The translations under genes and the position numbers were made by a program. The notes beneath the pieces were generated by a model that was given only the letters and a program-made list of their open reading frames with translations, made no database searches and was not told the origin of the DNA. Shown in pieces: positions 30,829 through 40,696 of a stretch of 64,000 bases of DNA (its first letter is position 1; each line of letters starts with the position of its first letter). Source of the DNA: an uncultured Phycisphaerales bacterium (GTDB lineage Bacteria; Planctomycetota; Phycisphaerae; Tepidisphaerales; Tepidisphaeraceae); contig CAVWLP010000002.1 of assembly GCA_963755915.1 (NCBI GenBank), forward strand, positions 3,136,001 to 3,200,000. Reading direction: 5' to 3'.

Positions 30829-32703
30829 ATGGTTTCTCGTCGAAAAGGCATCAAGCGATCGGTTTTGGCGATCACCGCCCTGGGCGCGGGTCACGCCTCG
30901 GCCACGGTGTTGACCTTCAACAATTCCCGCAGCGACGGGCAGTTGTACGTCGGCAATTATTCAAATCCGTCTGATCCCATCAGCACATACGGATCGGACG
31001 TGAATTTCGGGTCGGCGACCACGGGCACGACGACCGTCGTCGAGAACGCGAGCAATACTTACACGTTCAACTATCAGGAAGGGAACGGTTGGACGCCGAA
31101 TGTCGCGGTCGGCTACAGCATCGGCCCCTCTCCGGCGGTGGCGATCAATTACACCGGTCCGGGCAGCGAGTGGCCGAACGGCGCTGCGGAGCTTCAGAGT
31201 TCCGTCAGCAATCCTAACGACAGCTTTTACTTTACCTTCACGCCGCAGTCGGGATATGCGGTTCGCGTCGACCAGCTCGAATTCGTCAACGCTTCTTATG
31301 GAAGCATGTCGCTGGGGCTTGCCGTCTACGAGAATGCGGCTGGTGGCACCGCGATGGTGGCGCCGTACGCTCCTCCGGCACTGGGTTCCGGGCCGGGCGT
31401 GACGGACACCGTCAATCTTCAAACGCAGGGTTCACAGTTTTATCAGGGCACCGTGGTTCTCCAAGTGTACGTCGCAACGGGCAGTGGGGGTGCCCTGGGC
31501 CTGACCGATTTGAGCTTTGACGAGGAACCGGTCGCTGGTTTTGGCGCGTGGAACGTTGCGGGCTCCGGCGACTGGAATGTGGCAGCCAACTGGGGCGGCG
31601 ACGCCGTGCCCAACGGCGTGGGCGTCAACGCGACGCTTGGAAGCCTGATTTCCTCTGCCGAAACCGTATTCAGCAATGCCGCAGTCACGCTCGGTTCACT
31701 GACGTTTAACAACGCCAATACCTACGTCATCACCGGGGCGGGCAGCCTTAGCATGCAGACAAATTCCGGCAACGCCGGCATCAACGTCGAGCAGGGAACG
31801 CAGGAAATGAACATCCCGCTGGTTATCTCCAGCAGCACGGCACTGAATGTCGCCGCCTCGTCCACGCTTGTGATTGGCAATCCGCTCACGATCAATTCCG
31901 GCGCAAGCCTTACCCAGAGCGGCGCCGGGACGGTGACTTACAACTCCGTCATCAATGTGGCAAGCTCGGCGAGCATCCAGTTCGCAAATTCGACGCACGC
32001 CCATGAGCTGAACGTCGCATCCGGTGGAAATGCCAGCATAACCAGTCCCAATGGCGGGGTAGTTGTGGAGATAGACACCATCGCCAACAGCGGAACCATC
32101 GATGTCGCGAATAACGAATTGCTGGTGAATTACGGCTCGGGGCCGGATCCGATCGCATCCATCGAGGCCCAAATCGCCAGCGGGTACAACGGAGGCAATT
32201 GGAACGGCCCGGGCATCATTTCATCCGTCGCGCGCGTGCCAACCAATGGCCTGCTTTACGGATTGGGTTACGCCGATGGAACCGACGGCGTCGTTTCCGG
32301 CCTGAGCTCTGGCCAAATCGAAGTGAAGTACACGCTTCTTGGCGACGCCAACCTCGATGGTGTCGTCAACGGAAGTGATTTCAGCATTCTCGCCGGCAAT
32401 TTTGGGCAGGGTGTCACCAACTGGGACCAGGGGGACTTTCTGTTTACTTCCGCGATCAACGGCAGCGATTTCAGCGCCCTGGCGACAAATTTCGGGCAAG
32501 GGGACGATACCGCGGCCAATGCTGAGGACATTGCCGCCCTGGATGCGTTCGCCGCCGCCAACGGTTTACCCATTCCAACATTTACCAACGTGCCGGAGCC
32601 CGGATCGATGGGTCTGCTGGCCTTAGGCGCGATGGGAATCATGTCACGGCGCCGTCGCGGAACGAAAATCGATATCACATCAACGACCGGAGTTCGGTTT
32701 TAG
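30829..32703 (+). CDS. PEP-CTERM surface protein 4, paralog of proteins 1 and 2
   Basis: Starts MVSRRKGIK; DPISTYGSDVNFGS, YQEGNGWTPNV, GDANLDGVVNGSDF, VPEPGSMG...RRRR. Confidence 0.9.
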   Translation: MVSRRKGIKRSVLAITALGAGHASATVLTFNNSRSDGQLYVGNYSNPSDPISTYGSDVNFGSATTGTTTVVENASNTYTFNYQEGNGWTPNVAVGYSIGPSPAVAINYTGPGSEWPNGAAELQSSVSNPNDSFYFTFTPQSGYAVRVDQLEFVNASYGSMSLGLAVYENAAGGTAMVAPYAPPALGSGPGVTDTVNLQTQGSQFYQGTVVLQVYVATGSGGALGLTDLSFDEEPVAGFGAWNVAGSGDWNVAANWGGDAVPNGVGVNATLGSLISSAETVFSNAAVTLGSLTFNNANTYVITGAGSLSMQTNSGNAGINVEQGTQEMNIPLVISSSTALNVAASSTLVIGNPLTINSGASLTQSGAGTVTYNSVINVASSASIQFANSTHAHELNVASGGNASITSPNGGVVVEIDTIANSGTIDVANNELLVNYGSGPDPIASIEAQIASGYNGGNWNGPGIISSVARVPTNGLLYGLGYADGTDGVVSGLSSGQIEVKYTLLGDANLDGVVNGSDFSILAGNFGQGVTNWDQGDFLFTSAINGSDFSALATNFGQGDDTAANAEDIAALDAFAAANGLPIPTFTNVPEPGSMGLLALGAMGIMSRRRRGTKIDITSTTGVRF

Positions 32704-32947
32704 GCATAGCGTAAGAGGTGATAGACACAATCATGCACGGTGTCGTCAGAGGATTCGTTATTCCGCGTCATTTTCCGTTATCGCGGCATTTGGGGTTGGA
32801 ATCTACGTCGGTGCGGCGCTGGCCAAGAGGTGATGAAATGGCGCTGGGAAAGCGACGTTGGCGCCGACACGGAATGCTCGGCGCCGCCGGGCGTTTTGAA
32901 ATGGATTGGGTATCGTAAAAAAAGCGTGAATTGTTTGAAAGTTTTTG

Positions 32948-32976
32948 TTGCAAGCGATTGTCGACAGTGATATATT
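32948..32976 (+). promoter_or_regulatory. Promoter TTGCAA-N17-TATATT containing operator copy 3 (ATTGTCGACAGTGATATATT, 32957-32976)
   Basis: 20-mer identical to 23846-23865. Confidence 0.78.
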
Positions 32977-33143
32977 TGTGGTTGTTATGAATATACCAGT
33001 GTGGGAACCCTGATAGTAGTCGCCGCGCCTGGAACTGAGCATGTTGTTTTCCAGTCGACGAAAACCAACTGTTTGAAGAACTTCGGCAATCATGTGGTGA
33101 TGGTCATCACGTATGCCACCAGGCATTAATTGGAGGTATGATT

Positions 33144-33914
33144 ATGTCCCATCGGAGAAAAGTGGCCCAAGCATTGTTGCTGGCCTCGGGCATCCTCGCC
33201 GCGGATAAAGCGTCGGCGACGATCCTCACGTTTAACAATACCACCGGAGGCGCGTCGTACGCGGGTTCCTATTCCAACCCGTCCGATCCGCTCAGCACTT
33301 ACGGTACCGACGTCAACTTCGGCGCCAATAGCACCGGAACCACCACGGTTCCAAACGGAGCCGGCACCGATACGTTTAATTACCAAGAAGGCAACGCCTG
33401 GACGCCAGATATATCGGTGGCGTACGGCATTGGTCCATCGCCGGCGGTCGCCTTGGACTACACCGGGCCCGCCAGTGAATGGCCCAGCGGCGCCACCGAA
33501 TTGGAGGGAAGTGCGACCAACCCCAATGATGATTTCTATTTTGCCTTCACGCCTGCGGCCGGATTTGCCGTTCGAGTCAATTCATACCAACTGAGCAACG
33601 TAACCTTCGTTGCCGCCTCAATGACTAGTACGCTTTATGAAAATACGGTCGGCGGTTCGACGATGGTGCCAACATTTAATCTCTCGAATCTATCGGGCAC
33701 CCCCCCTTCCTCCGAGACCGTAAACTTGCTGGCCAAAGGCTCGACGTTCTATGCTGGGACTCTGGTTCTGGACGTTCACCAGACCAACGGCAATGACGGC
33801 AGTCTAGGTGTATTTAACTTGAATTTTGATGAGGAAGCGGTTCCCGAGCCGGCATCGCTCGGTTGCCTTTCGGTGGGTGGGCTGGCACTGCTCCGCCGCC
33901 GCAGACGCGATTGA
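33144..33914 (+). CDS. PEP-CTERM surface protein 5: N-domain only, fused directly to PEP-CTERM
   Basis: Shares SDPLSTYGTDVNFG, YQEGNAWTP, NPNDDFYF.FTP..G.AVR and GTLVLDVHQT, then LNFDEEAVPEPAS...RRRRR. ATG 33144 is best spaced from GGAGG (33138 is the alternative). Confidence 0.9.
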   Translation: MSHRRKVAQALLLASGILAADKASATILTFNNTTGGASYAGSYSNPSDPLSTYGTDVNFGANSTGTTTVPNGAGTDTFNYQEGNAWTPDISVAYGIGPSPAVALDYTGPASEWPSGATELEGSATNPNDDFYFAFTPAAGFAVRVNSYQLSNVTFVAASMTSTLYENTVGGSTMVPTFNLSNLSGTPPSSETVNLLAKGSTFYAGTLVLDVHQTNGNDGSLGVFNLNFDEEAVPEPASLGCLSVGGLALLRRRRRD

Positions 33915-33930
33915 GTATGGCTTACCTCTC

Positions 33931-33983
33931 GCTCTTCCGCCTCCTACCATCAACCCTCCGGTAGGGGGCGGAAGAGCTTTTTT
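33931..33983 (+). terminator. Rho-independent terminator
   Basis: GCTCTTCCGCCTCCTACC / GGTAGGGGGCGGAAGAGC 18-bp stem (one G-U) followed by TTTTTT. Confidence 0.85.
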
Positions 33984-33997
33984 AATGGAGTTTGCGC

Positions 33998-35179
33998 GTG
34001 AACAGCGTTAGATCGCGGGCTTTTCTTGTCATCTTTGTCATCGCAAATTTTGCTTCGCTGGGCAGCGCTCAGTCCAAAAAATTGATCTATTTCGGTATCG
34101 GATCGCCTGATACGATGTGGATGCGCGATCACGTCGACGAAATGGAACAGGCGCCATTCGACGGAACGGTTTTCTACCTCACGACGGATGCCGGCCGTTC
34201 GCAGGGCGTCGTCGGTGATTTCTCGTGGTGCGCGTTTGGCTCGCGGCAGTTTGCCGAATCGGAAGTCCAGGGTGGAATCGACGGGCTCAAAGCCACTCAG
34301 TTTCACAAGTTCACCGACAACTTTGTTCGAATCACGGTGGCCGGATCGACTGACCTGACCGACAAGAGATTTACCGACTGGTTCGATTCATTCGATGTCA
34401 TTCTCAGCAATATGAAACTCGCCGCTACCGCGGTGAAGGAAGGCGGCGCCAAGGGGATTTATTTCGATCCGGAGGCGTACGGCGGTCCGGTGTGGGATTA
34501 CAAAAAGCAGCGCAACGCGCGGACCAAGAGCTTTGAGGAATATGCTGCGCAAGTCCGTCTTCGCGGCGCGCAGGTCATGCAGGCGTTTCAGTCGGAGTAT
34601 CCTGACATTACCATCATGTACGCGGAGGCCTATACCCTGCCCTATCGCGACTGGTGGCCCTATCCGTACAAGGCCGGCCCGCACGGGTTTGCTGCCAACA
34701 CGGCGAGCGTTGAGAAGCTAAAATATGTTCCATGCGGATTATGGCCGGCGTTTCTCGATGGCATGGCGTCAGTCGCCGGTCCGTCCAACAAACTGATCGA
34801 CGGCAGCGAGGGAACCTACACCCTTAAGACGCGAAAGGAATTCGAGGATTATCACCGCTCGTTTACGGATGGAGTGCTGCCGATCGTCGGAATCCCACCC
34901 GAGAAATACCACGCCTGCTTCAGCGAGGCCTTTTCGACCTGGATCGACGTCAACTGGCGTAAGCCCAATGGATGGAACGGCACGAATTTCGAGAATAATT
35001 TCTGGCAGCCGTCGGATCTCCAGACGGCGCTCAAAAACGCCATCGATGTTTCCGATGGGTATGTATGGCTTTATACAGAATCGCTTCGCTTTTGGGGACC
35101 GGGGAAAAATGTTCCGGCCGCCTACTGGAAAGCCGTCGAAAATGCTCACCTCGAGATTTCCGCTGACGCTTCACATTGA
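33998..35179 (+). CDS. Secreted hypothetical GH-like TIM-barrel protein
   Basis: Signal peptide; LIYFGIGSPDT, MEQAPFDGTVF, GIYFDPEAYGG, LIDGSEGTY, YVWLYTE. GGAG RBS before GTG 33998. Confidence 0.65.
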   Translation: MNSVRSRAFLVIFVIANFASLGSAQSKKLIYFGIGSPDTMWMRDHVDEMEQAPFDGTVFYLTTDAGRSQGVVGDFSWCAFGSRQFAESEVQGGIDGLKATQFHKFTDNFVRITVAGSTDLTDKRFTDWFDSFDVILSNMKLAATAVKEGGAKGIYFDPEAYGGPVWDYKKQRNARTKSFEEYAAQVRLRGAQVMQAFQSEYPDITIMYAEAYTLPYRDWWPYPYKAGPHGFAANTASVEKLKYVPCGLWPAFLDGMASVAGPSNKLIDGSEGTYTLKTRKEFEDYHRSFTDGVLPIVGIPPEKYHACFSEAFSTWIDVNWRKPNGWNGTNFENNFWQPSDLQTALKNAIDVSDGYVWLYTESLRFWGPGKNVPAAYWKAVENAHLEISADASH

Positions 35180-35215
35180 TACAGTCGGCAAGACGTCTAA
35201 ACACCGACTTGAGAG

Positions 35216-37828
35216 ATGAACGCCAAGATTGTCATTCGCGGGGATCGGGAAATTGACTACATATCCTCTTTTCTGCAAGCCGAGCTAAGTGCTCGCAAGC
35301 TTCTTGAGGAGGATTCCAATTCGAGCACTGCGATTCCCCTCTCATTGCAGGTTGACAAAAATCTCCGGTTGGGTGCACAGGGATTTCAAATCGACTGGAT
35401 GCCGTCGATCGACCCGGCAGAAATCTTTGACCCTGAGTTCACCTGGCATGGCGACGAGAATTCAACTTCCAATGAGCCCCCCGAATTCACCCAACGCCCT
35501 CCCTCAGGCAGCATAACTGCCAACAGCAGCGACGGGCTCTTTTATGGCGCCCTCGAATTTCTGGAGCGCTGCGACGTTCGCGGATCGCTGCCCATCCGGC
35601 CCATCGATCTGCGGCGAGCGGCACACATTCCGCTCCGCTCGTCGAGTCTGCAATTGATGAAGAAGGGTGAGTACATCATTCCTATTCGCCAAGAGCTGTT
35701 TCCCTGGTTCTTCGATCGGAACGTGTGCAATCGCTATCTCAATTTTCTTTCAAAGCAGCGATTTAACGCCATCACGTTTTGGAACTTCCACCCTTTTCCC
35801 TATTTCTGCCCCATCGAAGGTCATCCGGAGGTCAGCGAAATATCCGAGGAAGAGCGCGAGTCCAACGCCAATCACCTCCGGTGGCTGATCAAGGAAGCCG
35901 GATCGCGGGGAATTCGCCTTTTCTGGCATTTTTACAACATTTACGTGTGCCCCAGCTTTGCCAAAGCGCATGGGCTGAGTGCGCTTTACAATCAGTTCAC
36001 GCCGCGCCAGGAAAAGCTCGTTTACAACTATATTCGCAACAGTGTTCGTTCGTTTGCGAATGCCTTTCCGGAAGTTGGTTTTGTCGCCTGTGCGGGAGAA
36101 GGCGTGCCCGCCGGAAAAGCCGAGCGTTTTGTCGCTGATGTCCTGGTTTCCGCGCTCAACGAGACGGCGCATCATCCGCCGCTGATTGTGCGGCAATGGT
36201 CGAGCCTTTCGGCCTCCCGGTTTTCGCGCGACGTCGTCGGCAAATACGATGCGCTGTGGTGCATGATCAAGCACAATGCCGAGCACATCGCAGGCACGGC
36301 ACCCGAGGCGCGGGTCAGCGACTGGGTGGCTACCGGCGTGCCGACCGTCGTCAACTTTCACATGATTTCCGAGATCGGCCCGTTTCGGTGGGGGCCTCCC
36401 GGATACATCCGCGAAATCTGCCTGAACTATAAAGCGCTGGGTGTAAAGGGCGTCAACGTGTTTCCGCATTGGCAGTGGCGCACGCCAAACGTCGGAGACC
36501 GAAACTACAACGGCGACGAACTCGACCGCGACTGGCTTTATCACGAAGCGTGGGGCCGATATAGTTTCGACCCCGTGCGCGACCGTGACGAGGAATCTCG
36601 CCATTGGGTTCGGCGGGCAAAGACCCACGGATTGATGGAAGATGCCGCCGAGGCTTTCATCACCGCACACGAAACGAGCGGCCCATCCCTTCCTCGACTC
36701 CAACAGCATCTTTGGGCTCACTACGACAACCATTCCGTCCTGCCAGCGGGCCTCACGCTCGGACAATTTCGCTTTGGTCGGTCCATGCACGGACGCAAGA
36801 TCATCCGCACGGACCGTCTTGAGGATATTTTGCCCCTTCGTGCGGAGCTTCAGAATTGGCCTTCGCAAAAGACCGGTTTTCGCTTCGATGACGCCGCCGC
36901 ACAATCGCTCGAAGAAATCAACCAATCCCTGGCAATCCTCACTCCGCTGGCGCGAAAGCATGATGAAATGGAACGTCTAGGTGCGGATCTAACTTCGATT
37001 CAGCAAAGTATTTTATTCCTGCAGCAAAAGGCGAAAATCGCGGATATGCTGATGAAATACAGCCGGGAAGACAAGCTTTCGCATGTGGATGAAGCCGTCG
37101 CAGGTCTTCGTGAATCGGTCACGGCTTTTCGCGCCTATCGCGACCACGCGGAGAAGTGGTACGAGGGCATCAGCGATGTTCCGCCTTATTTGCCGTTTCA
37201 TAATTACAAATCGATTGTTTTGCCTTATACCTGGACCGATTGCCTGGAAGTTTTCGAGCGCGAGTTGCAGAATCTGGAGGAATTCGCTGCGGCCATGAAA
37301 GCATCCGAGCCACTTTCGCTTGCTCACCATTTTGGGTTCGATCGCGTTGATTTGCGGCGCGATCTTGAACGCCAGTTGGTTGGTGCGAAAGGTCGATGGC
37401 TCAAGGGCGATCCGGATTTTGTGCCATGGTCGAAACACCTTTCCAAAATGGAGAAGCTGGTTCTCCTCCCGTGCGCGGTTTATGCGACGCTAGAGATTTC
37501 GGTTTTGTCGGATCCGGCGCTCGTAAAGTCCTGGGTCGAGAAGGGGGGCCGGCTGGTGGTAATTACGCTTCCCGATCTCCCCTGGCATGAGGCGAAAATG
37601 CTCGGGCAAGTGCTCGGCATCGATGCCGCCGCCCTCGACGCGAAGACGACCGAGCATGGGCAGCAGAGGCGACTTACGATTCAAGCCGGAAATTATTTGA
37701 GCTGGAACGATCGCAACGAGAATCGCGGAATTTGCGGTCATGCTGCCTTCGGCAAGGGGGAGATAGAGTTTTTTGCACTTGCTTCGTCTTCGGAATGGCC
37801 GCAAATGGCGACGAAATGGGCTCGTTAA
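35216..37828 (+). CDS. GH138-like (alpha-galacturonidase-type) glycoside hydrolase
   Basis: FPWFFDR, YLNFL..QRFNAITFWNFHPF, WHFYNI, GFVACAGE, PFRWGPP and DRDWLYHEAWGRY resemble, from memory, Bacteroides BT0997 (FPWFYDK, WNGHPF, MFYNI, CLGE). No signal peptide. Confidence 0.62.
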   Translation: MNAKIVIRGDREIDYISSFLQAELSARKLLEEDSNSSTAIPLSLQVDKNLRLGAQGFQIDWMPSIDPAEIFDPEFTWHGDENSTSNEPPEFTQRPPSGSITANSSDGLFYGALEFLERCDVRGSLPIRPIDLRRAAHIPLRSSSLQLMKKGEYIIPIRQELFPWFFDRNVCNRYLNFLSKQRFNAITFWNFHPFPYFCPIEGHPEVSEISEEERESNANHLRWLIKEAGSRGIRLFWHFYNIYVCPSFAKAHGLSALYNQFTPRQEKLVYNYIRNSVRSFANAFPEVGFVACAGEGVPAGKAERFVADVLVSALNETAHHPPLIVRQWSSLSASRFSRDVVGKYDALWCMIKHNAEHIAGTAPEARVSDWVATGVPTVVNFHMISEIGPFRWGPPGYIREICLNYKALGVKGVNVFPHWQWRTPNVGDRNYNGDELDRDWLYHEAWGRYSFDPVRDRDEESRHWVRRAKTHGLMEDAAEAFITAHETSGPSLPRLQQHLWAHYDNHSVLPAGLTLGQFRFGRSMHGRKIIRTDRLEDILPLRAELQNWPSQKTGFRFDDAAAQSLEEINQSLAILTPLARKHDEMERLGADLTSIQQSILFLQQKAKIADMLMKYSREDKLSHVDEAVAGLRESVTAFRAYRDHAEKWYEGISDVPPYLPFHNYKSIVLPYTWTDCLEVFERELQNLEEFAAAMKASEPLSLAHHFGFDRVDLRRDLERQLVGAKGRWLKGDPDFVPWSKHLSKMEKLVLLPCAVYATLEISVLSDPALVKSWVEKGGRLVVITLPDLPWHEAKMLGQVLGIDAAALDAKTTEHGQQRRLTIQAGNYLSWNDRNENRGICGHAAFGKGEIEFFALASSSEWPQMATKWAR

Positions 37829-39130
37829 ATGGCACAACACCGAAGAAAGTACGCGATTGTTGGCACTGGGGCCCGCTCGACCATGTTTATCGACGCTCTG
37901 GCGACCAGGTACCGAGGCGTCGGTGAAATTGTCGCCCTCTGCGACACCAGCCAGACGCGAATGGATTGGTACAACGCCAAGCTGGAAAACGTGCATGGCG
38001 TATCACGCGTGCCGACCTATAACGATACCAGCTTCGATAAGATGATTCGCGAGCGTGAGCCCGACGTGGTGATCGTCACCACGATTGATTCGGCGCACCA
38101 CATTTATGCCATCCGAGCGATGGAACTCGGTTGCGATGTGATCTGCGAAAAACCGATGACGATCGATGCGGGGAAGGCCCGCGCAATGCTCGATGCCATC
38201 AAGAGCACGGGTCGCACGCTGCGGGTTACGTTCAACATGCGCTACATCCCGCACATGACGAAAGTCCGCGAATTGGTGCAGTCGGGAACGATCGGCACGC
38301 CTACCGCCGTCAACGTCTCTTGGGTGCTCAACACCAGCCACGGCGCCGATTATTTCCGCCGCTGGCATCGCGAAAAGAAATACAGCGGCGGGCTGCTCAT
38401 CCACAAATCCACGCACCATTTTGACCTGATTAATTGGTGGGTCGACAGCTACCCCAAAACCGTCTTCGCGATGGGGGCGCTGGGGTTTTACGGGCGTGAT
38501 AACGCCACCGCCCGCGGCGATCTGGCTCGCACGCTTTACGATCGTTACACCGGGGAGCCGGCGGCCGAGGCTGATCCCTTCGCCCTCAACCTCGCCAAAG
38601 ACCCCAATCTCAAAGGGCTTTACCTCGATGCCGAGGCCGACAGCGGATACATCCGCGATCGCAACGTATTTGGCGATAATATTACAGCCGAGGACACGAT
38701 GGCGCTGGCGGTTCGCTACCGCAATGGCGTGATCATGAATTACTCGCTGGTCTGTTACAGTCCGTGGGAGGGTTGGAATGCGGCAATCACCGGCACGAAG
38801 GGGCGAATCGAAGTCAGCGCCCACTACGGTTCACATATCATCGGCAAACAGTCGGATCCGCAGCCGGAAAACGATTGGCATCGTATCAAGGTGTTTCCGA
38901 TGTTCGGGCGCCCATTCGATGTCGATGTTCCTCAGGAAGCCGGCGATCACGGCGGTGGAGATCGGATCATGCTCGAGGATCTTCTTTCTCCCGAAGCGCC
39001 GGTTGATGACCCGTTTCACCGCGCCGCGAGCCAGGTAGACGGAGTTGCGTCGGTACTGGTTGGCGCCAGCGCCAATGTGTCGATCGAAACGGGGCAGCCC
39101 GTGAACTGTGACGACCTTTTGAAACTTTAA
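37829..39130 (+). CDS. Gfo/Idh/MocA family oxidoreductase
   Basis: [47 protein letters not shown]. Confidence 0.9.
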   Translation: MAQHRRKYAIVGTGARSTMFIDALATRYRGVGEIVALCDTSQTRMDWYNAKLENVHGVSRVPTYNDTSFDKMIREREPDVVIVTTIDSAHHIYAIRAMELGCDVICEKPMTIDAGKARAMLDAIKSTGRTLRVTFNMRYIPHMTKVRELVQSGTIGTPTAVNVSWVLNTSHGADYFRRWHREKKYSGGLLIHKSTHHFDLINWWVDSYPKTVFAMGALGFYGRDNATARGDLARTLYDRYTGEPAAEADPFALNLAKDPNLKGLYLDAEADSGYIRDRNVFGDNITAEDTMALAVRYRNGVIMNYSLVCYSPWEGWNAAITGTKGRIEVSAHYGSHIIGKQSDPQPENDWHRIKVFPMFGRPFDVDVPQEAGDHGGGDRIMLEDLLSPEAPVDDPFHRAASQVDGVASVLVGASANVSIETGQPVNCDDLLKL

Positions 39131-39133
39131 GCG

Positions 39134-40648
39134 ATGAAAAATGATTTGGTTGCCATCGGAGGCGAAAAGCAGTTGTTTTTCGACAGCTATTGCATCGACG
39201 AACTCGCTGGAGTTCGCCGCCATTTTCACCAGGCCAAAAAACATCCCGCGAATCCAATCCTAGAAAAGCGCGAGTGGTGGGAATATCCCAATATCGAACT
39301 CTACGGCAATGTACTTTTCGATCCGAAAACGCACGAATTCCGCATGTTTTACAACGCCCTCTCGAAGGAGGGGTTCGAGACGGTCTGTCTCGCAACCTCC
39401 AGCGACGGCGTCAAGTTTGAGCGCGCGAGTTTAAATTTGTTTGAGCACAATGGCCGGGTCATCGGCAACGCCGTACTCAAGGGCAAGGTTCGCTTACCCA
39501 CGGTGCTCGAGAGTCCCGACGAACCGGATCCCCAGCGTCGCTATCGCATGATCGCTTTCACCGGCTCGGAAATGGTTGACCTGCGAAAAGAGTTGCGATC
39601 CGGCTTCCAGCAGGGCTATTCCGTTTTTTTCTCGCCGGATGCAATCCATTGGAAGGCGCATGATCGCAACCCGGTTATCCAGGGCAGCGATATGTGCACC
39701 TGCTTCTTCGATCCCGTGAGCAAAGAGTACATCGCGTTCGTTAAGCACCACTCAACGGCTTGCGAAAAGTTTCGCCGTTGCGTGGGTATTACGACCAGCC
39801 ATGATTTCGTGAAGTGGGGCGTCGTGCAAACGCTGCTGTCCGCCGACGAAATCGACGACGCCCGCGTTGCCGAGCGCCTGGATCGTTTCCGCGATATCAT
39901 CATGTACGACAATCCCAGCGAATATCTCGCTGATATCTACGGTATGACCGGCTTCCGCTATGAAGGACTGCGCCTGGGCCTGATCTGGCTTTACGACAGG
40001 TCCGGAACACGTCCTCCCGAGCATGGCGGAAACGATGACGGCATCATCAACGCTCAACTCGTCTATTCACGCGACGCAAACCCCTACGGCTTTTGGCGAC
40101 GCACCAGCGAACGGCGCGATTTTATTCCCTGCGGCAACGAAGGCGACTTCGACGCCGGAATGGTGCTTCCTGCTTCCACCGTCATCGAAGTGGGCGATGA
40201 GATCTGGTTCTATTACACCGGCTGTGATGGCCCGCATAATTTTGATCTCGCGGGACCCAGCAAGTTTCATCCCAAATCGCAGTCCAAGCTCCCCGCAAAT
40301 CGAGGACTTTCAATCGGCCTGGCTACGCTGCGGCGCGACGGCTTTGTCTCCCTTTGCGCGAACCATCCATCCGGCAGAATGATAACAAAGCTCCTGACCT
40401 TCGCCGGCCACGCGCTGGAGATCAACGCGGATTCGGAAAATGGATCAATCTTCGTCGAGATTCTTGATGATCAGGGCAAGCCAATTGCGGGCTTCACGAA
40501 AGAAGAATGCGTTGCCTTTTCCAGGGATGCAATTCGCGGCCGAATCGAGTGGAAGAGCGGCAAAAGCGTTCGGGAGCTTGCGGGTAAGCCAATTCGCCTG
40601 GTTTTCCACATCGAGACCGCGAAACTGTACGCATTTCAATTTGTATGA
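39134..40648 (+). CDS. Five-bladed beta-propeller glycoside-hydrolase-like protein (GH32/43/130-type fold), copy A
   Basis: KQLFFD, HPANPIL, Asp-box-like SSDGVKF/SPDAIHW/SHDFVKW, DEIWFYYTG, LATLRRDGFVSL. Confidence 0.65.
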   Translation: MKNDLVAIGGEKQLFFDSYCIDELAGVRRHFHQAKKHPANPILEKREWWEYPNIELYGNVLFDPKTHEFRMFYNALSKEGFETVCLATSSDGVKFERASLNLFEHNGRVIGNAVLKGKVRLPTVLESPDEPDPQRRYRMIAFTGSEMVDLRKELRSGFQQGYSVFFSPDAIHWKAHDRNPVIQGSDMCTCFFDPVSKEYIAFVKHHSTACEKFRRCVGITTSHDFVKWGVVQTLLSADEIDDARVAERLDRFRDIIMYDNPSEYLADIYGMTGFRYEGLRLGLIWLYDRSGTRPPEHGGNDDGIINAQLVYSRDANPYGFWRRTSERRDFIPCGNEGDFDAGMVLPASTVIEVGDEIWFYYTGCDGPHNFDLAGPSKFHPKSQSKLPANRGLSIGLATLRRDGFVSLCANHPSGRMITKLLTFAGHALEINADSENGSIFVEILDDQGKPIAGFTKEECVAFSRDAIRGRIEWKSGKSVRELAGKPIRLVFHIETAKLYAFQFV

Positions 40649-40696
40649 AGCACGCGGCGGAAAATCTTGAGATAATCGCAGAGGCCGCGCGATCCA

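Noticed and set aside
24700-33914. Repeated blocks that might suggest a CRISPR array, DGR or VNTR
   Set aside because: They are paralogous protein-coding segments with synonymous variation. There is no constant repeat-spacer pattern, cas gene or reverse transcriptase.
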